NCBI RefSeq assembly: GCF_006345805.1
Contig: NC_042997.1
Coordinates: 80,228,001 to 80,292,000, forward strand
Length of the DNA: 64,000 nucleotides
Reading direction: 5' to 3'
Source of the DNA: Octopus sinensis
Lineage: Eukaryota
Shown here: positions 42,511 through 52,800 of the stretch, piece by piece
Position numbering within the stretch: the stretch's first letter is position 1
Layout of the letters: each line of letters starts with the position of its first letter
Notes under the pieces: model-generated
Told to the model about the DNA's origin: nothing
Seen by the model: the letters and a program-made list of their open reading frames with translations, nothing else
The model's database searches: none
Program-made: the position numbers and the translations under genes

Positions 42511-42618
42511 ATATATATATACATATATATATATATACATACACATATACATACATATATATATACATACATATATAGATACATAGATATATACATATAG
42601 ATATATATATATATAGAT

Positions 42619-42837
42619 AGATAAATGAAAGAATGGAGTTGAATGAGGATTTAACAAAATTCCTATATTCTCGACATATGTTTCGAAGACTGCATATTCT
42701 TAATTCCGAAGGAATAAAGGGTGCATTATGCCGTCTTCTCATTAGGAAAGACAAGGAACTTATGTCAGCATCATGATGAACAAAAACTTTTAGATAACTG
42801 CCCACACAGAGCCCATAGTGATAATGAGTGTTTCTTT
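42619..42837 (-). ncRNA. Short element 'H', copy 2, with type I hammerhead motif (42660-42758); core G5-to-A change
   Basis: Minus strand: UUCCUUGUCUUUC (stem I 5'), CUAAUGA, GAAGAC...GUCUUC, GAAA, CAUAUG-UC, then GAGAAUAUAGGAA (stem I 3'). Confidence 0.8.
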
Positions 42838-43129
42838 ATATATATATATACATATATACATATATATATACATACATACATATATATATACATACATACA
42901 TATATACATATATATATACATACATATATACATATATATATACATACATACATATATAAATACATACATATATATATATATATACATACATACTTATATA
43001 CATACATATATATATACATATATATATATATACATATATATATGGTGGTGCTATTAAGTTAGACATGGCCTGGGCCAATAATGGCCGAAACCTATCAAAG
43101 TATCAAAGTATATATATATACATATATAT

Positions 43130-43174
<45 letters not shown>

Positions 43175-43176
43175 TA

Positions 43177-43561
43177 TACTCTTTTACTTGTTTCAGTCAT
43201 TTGATGCGGCCATGCTGGAGCACCGTCTTTAGTCGAGCAAATCGACCCCGGGACTTATTCTTTGTAAGCACAGTACTTATTCTATCGGTCTCTTTTGCCG
43301 AACCGCCAAGTGATGGGGACGTAAACACACCAGCATTGGTTGTCAAGCAATGCTAGGCGAACAAACACAGACACACACACATATATATATATATATATAA
43401 GACAGGCTTCTTTCAGTTTCCGTCTACCAAATCCACTCATAAGGCATTGGTCGGCCCGGGGCTTTAGCAGAAGACACTTGTCCAAGATGCCACGCAGTGG
43501 GACTGAACACGGAACCATGCGGCTGGTTAGCAAATACTTACCAAACAGCCACTCCTGCGCC
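43177..43561 (-). mobile_element. SINE family A, young copy (part of the duplicated block)
   Basis: Closely matches 36373-36778. Confidence 0.9.
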
Positions 43562-43986
43562 TATATATATATACATACATATATATATATACATATATAT
43601 ATACATACATACATATAAATACATACATATATATATATATACATACATACATACATACATATGAATATATATATATATACATACATATATATATACAAAT
43701 ATATATATACATACATACATACATATATATACAAATATACATATACATACATACATACATATACATACATACATACATATACATATATATATATATATAT
43801 ACATATATACATACATATATATATACATATACGTACATACATATATATATATACATATATACATACATATATATATATATACATATACGTACATACATAT
43901 ATATATATACATATACGTACATACATATATATATACATATACGTACATACATATATATATACATATACGTACATACATATATATAT

Positions 43987-44019
<33 letters not shown>

Positions 44020-44108
44020 TACATATACATATATATTTACATATACATATATATTTACATATACATATATATTTACATATATATACATATAAACATATAT
44101 ATATATAC

Positions 44109-44139
<31 letters not shown>

Positions 44140-44208
44140 CACATATACATAGATACATATATATACATACATACATATATATTCATACATGCATATATAT
44201 ACATATAT
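43562..44208. repeat. (TA)n/(TACA)n microsatellite
   Basis: Directly visible. Confidence 0.95.
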
Positions 44209-45959
44209 AAAGGTAAAGTTTATGAAAAAAACAAAAGACGAAGACAGGTGGTGTACAAAACAAACAGATGTATTAGTATAACGCTCAGGAATAGAAAAAG
44301 TCTTTTACGTTTTGAGCCTACACTTATCTACAGAAAGGTACACAGAAAAAAACAAGGAGAGAAAAAAATGTGTGTAGTGGCTAATGATTTATCATGGCGT
44401 CTGACTCAGACAAAATGATCAGACGGGAGGAGGAAAGTAGGGGAGATAACAAGGTAAAGATGACCCCCAACACAAAGGTGCATGTGTGTATAAGAGAGTA
44501 TGTATGTGCATATGAAAGATGGCTGGTGGTCTTGACATATGTGTGGATGCGGAGATGTAGGGATGGGTGTGTGGTGGTGTGTTGTGATGTGTATGTATGT
44601 GTAGGTGTGAAGATGTGGGGATGGGTGTGTGGGTGGTGTGATGTTGTGAGGAGGTAGGGGAGGCGAGAATGGGGAAAGCACGGGTTGGGTGTGGGTTCGG
44701 CTGGGGGTTGTGTGTAGGCAGAGGGTGGGGGTAGAGGTGAGGTACGTGGGGAGGGGAGTGGGATAGGGTGGGGGATAGGAAGGATAGGGAAGGTGGAGTA
44801 GTGGTGGGTGGGTTTATGGGGGGAGGGAAAGGTGGGTACGTGAGGAGAGGAGAGGAGGAGAGAGTAAGAGAGGAGAGAAAGAGAGAGTGAAAGAGTAGGA
44901 GAGAAGAGAGAAAGAGAATAAGAGAAGAGAGAGAAAGAGGGAAGGATGGAAGAAGGAAGGAGGGGAGAGAAAGAAAGAGAGTAGGAGAGAAGAGAGAAAA
45001 AGAGTAGAGGTGAAGAGAAGTAGCAGTGAAGAGATGTGGGAGTGAAGTAGGAGTGAAGAGAAGTAGGAGTTGGGTCAAGAGAGGAGAGTTGGGTGGGATG
45101 GAGGAGGGAGGGGGAGAGAGGAAAGGAGAGAGAGGGAGCAGAGAGAAAGAGACAAAGAGAGTAGGGGAGAAGAGGGAAAGAGAGTAGAGGGAAAAGAGGG
45201 AAGAAGAGGGAAAGAGAGTAGGGGTGAAAGGATGTAGGAGTGAAGAGAAGTAGGAGTCGGGGAGGAGGTTAGATGAAAAGGGGAGGAGAGTTGAGCCCAA
45301 ATGGCGTAAAAGATCGAAGAGAGAAGATTAATCCCTGTTCGTGGCGTAAGTGGGAATCAGGATGGCCTCTGTGTAAGGACAATCCGAACACAGACAGGTG
45401 TTGCAAGGATTGACCGGTGGAGCGGAAATGACATGAGACTGGGGTGTCATTGCCGAGGCGGATGTCTCGAAGGTCTTCCGCGAACCGGTCAGCCAAGCGG
45501 CGTCCCGTTTGTCTGATGTACAGGGAATGGCAGAGAGCAGGAGATGCAATAGATGATATTGCTGGAGGTGCAGGTGAAGGAGTCGATGATGCGATAGGGT
45601 TGATGATGTGTGCCGGTGAGGAGGGTGGTGTTGGAGAGGTAAGGGCAAGTGCGGCAGCGTGGGCGGGAGCAGGGGAACAAGCCGGGTTGGGAAGGAGGGT
45701 TGGGGAAGAAGGCTGTGAACCAAGAGGTCTCATAGGTTATGGGCTTGTTTGAATGAGGGGAGGGGTCGGTTAGGGAAGATGTGTGAAGTGGACGGGTCGG
45801 ACTAGAGATACCGGAAAGCTCAGAGAATGGCGAGTTGGAGAGGTAGGGTGGTGGGGTGGTAAGTGAGGGGAAAAGGGAGACAGGAGACTGCAGGGCAGGT
45901 TTGGGGGGAGAGAGCAGATGCACGGTCTACGGAACGTGCTCTGGCAAGGGCGGTGTGGA
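44209..45959 (-). mobile_element. Penelope-like element, 5'-truncated: GIY-YIG endonuclease (about 45269-45760), low-complexity 3' region, terminal repeat with hammerhead remnant
   Basis: PCSRPRCRTCPY...FTCTSSNIIYCISCSL/CHSLYIRQTGRRLADRFAEDLRDI...HF...EQGLIFSLRSFTPFGLN. There is a frameshift between the GIY-like and YIG halves, and YIG is changed to YIR. Hammerhead remnant at 44302-44337. Confidence 0.88.
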
Positions 45960-46029
45960 TATATACATACATATACATACATATATATATTTCTTTATTG
46001 CCCACAAGGGGCTAAACATAGAGGGGACA

Positions 46030-46152
46030 AACAAAGACAGACAAAGGGATTAAGTTGATTACATTGTCCCAGTGTGTAACTGGTACTTTATTTATCGACT
46101 CCGAAAGGATGACAGGCAAAGTTGACTTTGGCGGAATTTAAACTCAGAACGT
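46030..46152 (-). mobile_element. SINE family C fragment
   Basis: Reverse complement of ...gagttcaaattccgcc...gactttgcctttcatcctttcggggtcgataaa...gtaccag. Confidence 0.8.
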
Positions 46153-46299
46153 AACTGACGTACAGTGTATAATGCTGACCTATCCACTGAATATGGTCAC
46201 TAATATTCTAAAACGTCACTGGATAGAAAATGAAATCAGTGCACTGATAAATGCTTGCTTAGTACATTCACCATTACACCATTGCGTAAAAGCTAAAGT

Positions 46300-47833
46300 C
46301 TATGGTAAAATCCGCTGAAAAATTAGTGTCACAATCCTTTTACAGATCTGTAAAACAGATCAAAAACAAAATAAATCACATATCATTTCATACTTTACAC
46401 ATGCACATGGTAACACTGGAAGCTATACTTGTCAATGGACATAGCTCACCAACTGACCCAATGCCAACAGGTCAGGAGTCACTTCAATGACCCATTAGCC
46501 AGCAACAAATAACACCCTCATTGATATTGCTATTTGACCTAATTCCATCCATTGATATTGCTATCTGACCTAATTCTACCTTGGCAAACCAGGACTAGCA
46601 ACAACAGCCTGCCACTGCTACTACATTGAAAGCACCTTGTTTGGCACCACTATCTGACCTACTGCTACTACAATAGGACCACTGACCAATGAGCCTGCCA
46701 ATATAGAAAAACCTCTAGTATGCCCATATCAAAAATCCTGTTGATATCACTCTCAAGGTAACTGTAGACTTGGCCCCAGCGGCACCAACAACAAGGAACG
46801 CTGTGCTTTTTTCCATCCTACCTGTTAAGAGCACCTGATCCTAAATTGGATGCACAAAAGGCAATGGATGCACCTTCTTCCATCCTAGACTACCAAACTT
46901 GTGTCACTACCACCATCTGAAGGGCACAAAACGATTGAAAAATAAATATAAACAGCAACAGAGGAGACCTACGACAACAACAAAAACAAAATACAACCAA
47001 ACAATGAAGAGAGAACTATGGAAAAACATAACACTAAATAACATAAACATGAACTATGTATCATCTGACGAAGTGGCAAACCAAAGAGGCAACTCTTTTT
47101 TACTAACTTATCTAGAAAATATGAAGGCCAACCTAAGCCAGGAGATCCAGCGAGCTATCAGCAACCATCTATGCAAAATACAAGGAACACCCACCCACCA
47201 CCAACTAGAAAATCATACACACACAGCTCCATACAAAAACTACCCTCATTGCTACCTCTGAACAACATAAAACATAACTTAAAATGATGCAAACATCAAA
47301 CTACCCTTACCTCGACATTCCTGTTAAATGTATGTGGCATCAACCCATCACTCATTGTTCAAACAGTACATTGCTTCCCTTTCTTTATCCTTACTGAAAC
47401 TCACCTAAACAGCACACATATGGATACTGAAGTGAAAATAAAAGATTTCACCATCATCCGTGCAGATTGCACAGACCAAAATAAAGAGGGGACAGCCATC
47501 TTTCTCCATGACTACTTTTCAGTTGATACCAAGGACATATTTTCCAATGGCTATTGTGAATCTATATCACTATTCAACAAAGCCAAAGACATAATCATTG
47601 TTGGTCTTTACAGGCCTCCCCAAGCACCTCTAAAGTGCTTTGAAGAGTACCTCAACAAAATCAAGTCCTTCCTTCAAAAATACAACTTTGGAAACACTAG
47701 TGATGGGTGATTTTAACCTCACTCATATAAACTGGCCTACAAATACTCTGAAATTAGGCAAATGCTCTACATCAGATAAAGCAGCAGCAGAATTACTCTT
47801 TTATCTAATGGATAAATTCATCCTGACTCAGCT
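46300..47833 (+). mobile_element. CR1/L2-group LINE 5' part: ORF1 with CCCH zinc fingers plus APE endonuclease, truncated
   Basis: Zinc fingers at 46739-46883. Endonuclease ILTETHL, FTIIRAD, GLYRPP and VMGDFNL (about 47320-47830). The 5' boundary is approximate. Confidence 0.8.
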
Positions 47834-47837
47834 ATAT

Positions 47838-48392
47838 ATAGATGAGGACAGCTGTGTGAAAAAGTGTCACACCCTAACAGTGGAGGGAACATGTGGAAGA
47901 GGTAGACCCAGGAAGACTAAAGATGAGGTGGTGAAGCACGAGCTTCAAATGTTGGGCCTCACAGAGACGATGCTCTGCTTGAGAAGAGCCGGCAAGCCAA
48001 GTGAGCCAGTGTAGCATAACTGGCCCATTTAAGAGGACTCTTCAATCATTGGGCAATAAACTGTGCTTGAGAAGACCTGTTGAGTTACGTGAAATCATTG
48101 TCGTGGCCGATGCCAGTACGGCGTAACTGGCATCTGTGCCATTAGCATGTAAAAAGCACCATTTGAGCATGGTTGATGCCAGTGCGCCTGACTGATCCTG
48201 TGCTGGTAGCATGTAAAAAGCACCATTTGAGCATGGTTCTCATGCCGGTGGCACGTAATAGGCACCCACTACACTCTTGGAGTGATTGGTGTGAAGAAGG
48301 GCATCCAGCTGTAGAAACCTTGCCAGATCAGATTGGAGCCTGGTACAGCCTTCTGGCTTGCTAGTCCTCAGTCAAACCATCCAACCCATGCC
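47838..48392 (+). mobile_element. RTE 3' fragment inserted at a TA run, joined to the CR1 endonuclease
   Basis: DEDSCVKKCHTLTVEGTCGRGRPRKT and an RTE-type 3'UTR. The junction is gctatatatagatgagg. Confidence 0.85.
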
Positions 48393-48480
48393 ATGTGTAT
48401 GTGAGTATGCATGTATGAGTTGTGTGTGTGTATGGAAGTTAAACAATGATATATATATATAAACAATGATATATATATAT

Positions 48481-48897
48481 AAAGTTCACAGTTCACTTTC
48501 CAGAGGGTTCCTTTTTTCCTTAGTCTCTACTCTTCTATTTCATTACTTATCTGTGAATTTTCCGTGTCTAGATCTTTCATATGGTCTCTATTTGTCTCTT
48601 ATGATGGAATACCCCATATTCAGGCATACTCGCCTATCACTTGGGATATCCCAGAAACAGCTGTAAGACCTCAACTAATTTAATAATAATATTAAATAAT
48701 GTATACGACTTGAGATACTTGTTATGCTTTCGGCATTTGTTGTCCTCTTTCATAAATGTATATCTACTAAATTCGAAACCTAGAATGGATCTGTAGCTCG
48801 TCTCAGGTATGGGCTTGGAACCCTGATAATCCATTGCAGCACTTACCCAGCATACCTATTCATTTAGATCACCAGTGAACTAAACCCCCATATTCTG
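48481..48897 (+). ncRNA. Short TA-flanked element with type I hammerhead motif (48594-48669); core G5-to-U change
   Basis: GUCU-CUUAUGA, stem II UGGAAUACCCCA/UGGGAUAUCCCA (10 of 12 pairs) with inner AGGC/GCCU, GAAA, palindromic ACAGCUGU, triplet GUA, then AGAC. Confidence 0.7.
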
Positions 48898-48979
48898 TAT
48901 ATATATGTATATGTGTGAATGTGTATATATCTTTATTTTTAGGTGAACATATGTATGTATACACACACACATATGTATG

Positions 48980-49016
<37 letters not shown>

Positions 49017-49499
49017 GTGTGTATGTGAGTATGCATGTATGTGTTGTATGTGTGTATGTATATGTGTGTGTGTGTGTGTATTATTACTTAGTAAACTGAA
49101 AAGATTAAATGGTTTATAGTATGTGTAGGTATTTGTGTATACATATGTATACATGTCTGTGTATGTGCATGTATGTATATCTATGTAGGTATGTATAGGT
49201 ATATATGATGTATTTGTATGTATATGTGTATATACATATGTAATCAATATTGGTCTATATGTATATCTATAAATAAGTATATTTATGTGTATCTGGATAT
49301 GTGTATATAGATGCATGTAACTATGTATGTATTTATGTATACATGTATGCGAGTATTGTCTGTATATATGTGTATATCTGCACATGTGTTTATGTGTATA
49401 TATTGTGTGTGTACATATACATATATTTTAATTTGTATACATCTTAAATAAATAAATTAATGTATGAATAAATAAAGTGATACTAATTTTTACTAATTT

Positions 49500-51468
49500 T
49501 TTAAAAAATTAAAAATTGATCATTGTATTAGGTTGTGATAAAATTTTTAAATTATGCACGATGACATGAACAAAATTTTTTTTCCGTGTGATATTTTCCC
49601 CAACTTTATAATGTGACAACATTATTTAACATAATTGTATTTGAGGCCAAATTTTGTAGTTATACTGAACGATTTTTAAGCTATTTTATTTTAGCTGAAA
49701 GGTTTGTAGCTTTAAACTAGTATATTAACGAGGATATCTATAATATTTCAGTGGATTCATTTATAAATTTAATACTAAGTACCATAAAATATATTTGTCT
49801 TAAGTGTAAACTATATTACTATATTTGTAGTTAAATTTAGGATTTAAGTTTTAATTATGCTATCATCTTCATATAAAATGATTATAAGTATATAAATTGA
49901 ATAATGATATATAGATAATTTTATAAAAGGCCCTATCGTGATCATAAGTACGTATTTGCGGTTATTTTTCCGTAGGCAATGAATGTATAAATATATAAAC
50001 ACTGATTTACGGTGGTATTTTCCTCTGATAAACTAAGTAAATTTGTGTTTTTATACCTGTTATTTACTAAGAATAATGTTTATACTAGGATGAATAAATA
50101 GATTAGAATAATTATTATATATAATTATATATCTTTTTGAATAATTATGCACATATGAATATTTCTTGTATTTTATATCATCATATTATGTTCTTTCAGA
50201 TTTGTATACACATAAAAATTATAGAATAATAAAACTATTGGGTTACTCTAATTTATTCCCTTCTGTAAAACTAAGTAATATTCTGAAACTTTATTTATTT
50301 ATATATTATCATTTTTATGTAAGAAATAGCATCGTTTATAATAATTGTAACTTTATACGTTTGTTTTACATTGGTGTATTTAGTAGAAACTTTTGAGTGA
50401 ATGAATTGTTGATTAAAAATTTTTTTAAATGAATTTAGTGTCTGAATAAAATATGTCCTTATCTATTTATTTTTTTCATCATAGTATATGGTAATTTGAA
50501 ATAGAATATATTTCCTACTCTGCCATAAATTCTTACATATCATATAGATCTTATATAATAAAGAGGGCAGAGATTATTTTCAATTGAATATCTTTAGATT
50601 AATATTATTGGAGATGCATAAGAACATTTTATGGCCGTTGTAATTTTTCTTTACTTAATTATTTTATCTATTTGAATTTTGCTTTTGTTCATATTATATT
50701 TAATTATATTTTTGAATTATTAATGCTCACGCTTGTAAACATAAGTATATTTTAAATCAGTCTCTTTTGTGATTTACCAGTCCTTGCATGGGATTTTTGC
50801 TTTTTGTACAAATATTACCCTGAAGAGATTCGTATGTATAAACGTAAATTTTTATAAATTCACGAGTGGATATGAGTCGAAACAAATTATTGGATATATA
50901 TTTGTTTTAATTATTTATTATATTATATCTTTTTATAGTATAATTATATTATAATGTAAATAAATTTTTAATATGTCAATTGTATTTCTATACTTCCTTT
51001 AATATTTGTATATTGTAATTGTATCATATTATTTGTAGTATTCAACAGAAGCACCAGTGAAAATTGGATGTTTTCCATCCTTTTAAAGGAAATGGCTTTT
51101 GCCTTGGTTTGATTTATATATTACATGGAAAAATATGAGCAAGAGAAATAATATTCTTAAGATTATAAACCTGGAAAAGTACAGGACAAGTTTCTACAGT
51201 TTGAAAAGTTCAGGACTTTGCTAGTAAAGTACAAAACAAAAACATTTTTTTTCCAGGCTATGCTGTTATGCTAATTAATAATGTGTCAATTAATAATTTA
51301 AGATTTTACTTTACTGAAAGTTGAACAATAAATTTAAAGAGTGTGTTGTGCGTGCATGCGTGTGTCATAGAGAGAGAGGTGTGAATGAGAGTGACAATGT
51401 ACATTCTTTTTATTTATTTTTTCTTGTTTTTTTTTGAATGAGTGAATTACTGAGAGAGGTGTGTTGTC

Positions 51469-51505
<37 letters not shown>

Positions 51506-51511
51506 AGAGAG

Positions 51512-51552
<41 letters not shown>

Positions 51553-51606
51553 GCAGTGTAAATTTTATATATTTACTTTCTCTTGCATCTTTTTTAGTGT
51601 TTGACT

Positions 51607-51701
<95 letters not shown>

Positions 51702-52800
51702 CGGTGTGTCTTGCTCTGTGAGAGAGTGAGAGAGAGAATGATAGTATAATTTTTTTTTGCATGTATGTATAAGTAGCTAAGTAAAATTTACGCTGTCTCT
51801 CTTGCTCTGTCACATACCTTCTTTCTCTCTCTCTCTCCCAGTCAATCACTCACAAATTCACTGAAAAAAGATGTGAGAAAAAACTTTTAAATGTATGCTG
51901 TCCCTCTCACTCTCTCTCTCACATATACACACAACACACACTTTCTGTTTTGCATTCCTCATCAGCACATACATACGTCCATGTCCTCTCTCTTTCACTT
52001 TATGCTGGTTTCAAACAAAATGTACAATTCCACTCGCAAAAATAAATAAAAAAATTTTATGAAATTTACTAAACGCCAAGTTAAAACAAAAGATTGCCAA
52101 AATTTCTAAATAATATTTTAGTTTTTTTCATTTTTATGATATAATCGCATTAATTAATACAGACGACATAGTTAAACTAACTGCAAATTAGTGGTATCGT
52201 TGATAATTTGTTCCTTACCTCAGCGAAACTGGTGACATATATTAAAGGTCCCCTTATAGAACTATATTTATAAAAAAGTATAGAATTACATTATCACCCT
52301 CAAACAAACACTTATAATTTTTTTCTTTTAAAACTTCATTGCATGAGATTGATACCATGAAATTCCGCAAATTGAGCTCTATCATTTAAGCTTAATTAAT
52401 ATATCGTTTGTTTTTTTTTTAAAAAAAGCTAATTATACCTAAAACCAATTTTTTGCCTTACTTATATTTTTCTTTATAATATTTTACCTCACAACTTTTT
52501 TGATACAAATTTTTGTTGCAGGGGATTAAAACTATGAAATTCTTCACGCTTTCTTCTATCATTGAAGCGAAGATAAATATATTTTGCTTTTAAAATAAAA
52601 AAGTTATTTAGATCTAAACTTGACTGGAGGCATTACTTACTCTCCTATAATGCTGCTACAAATATTGATGTAAACTTTTTTCTACTGGACCAAATCTCAA
52701 TTTTTTATGCCAAAATGTAGCTAGGGAGCAGCCCTCTTTAAGAGTGTTAATAGTTTTCAATTTGGTTAAGAACTGAATTAGTGACAAAGCTCTGAAGATG
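49500..52800. promoter_or_regulatory. CpG-retaining, AT-rich promoter-like island
   Basis: Hand counts: 11 CpG in 49501-50400 and 10 in 52021-52620, against 1 in 60001-60900 and 2 in 31001-31900. Contains (GA)n tracts and a minus-strand donor GAG|gtaagg at 52218. Confidence 0.45.
51360..51940. repeat. (GA)n/(TC)n tracts with direct and inverted degenerate spacer units
   Basis: gagaggcagtgtaaattttat near 51547 is an approximate reverse complement of gtaaaatttacgctgtctctc near 51781. catcttttttagtg near 51588 mirrors cactgaaaaaagatg near 51860. Confidence 0.6.

Noticed and set aside
43044-43109. 66-bp insert containing GGCC-AATAAT-GGCC-GAAAC, like hammerhead stem II plus GAAA
   Set aside because: There is no CUGANGA-like core, no palindromic stem III and no convincing stem I. 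It is at most a fragment.
48740-48800. Second ttcGAAACcta motif in the 48.5-kb element
   Set aside because: I could not find a matching core or stem II upstream.
52626-52660. Perfect minus-strand GTAAGT donor near 52640 (possible micro-exon)
   Set aside because: An isolated hexamer with an ambiguous acceptor. Such matches are common in AT-rich DNA.
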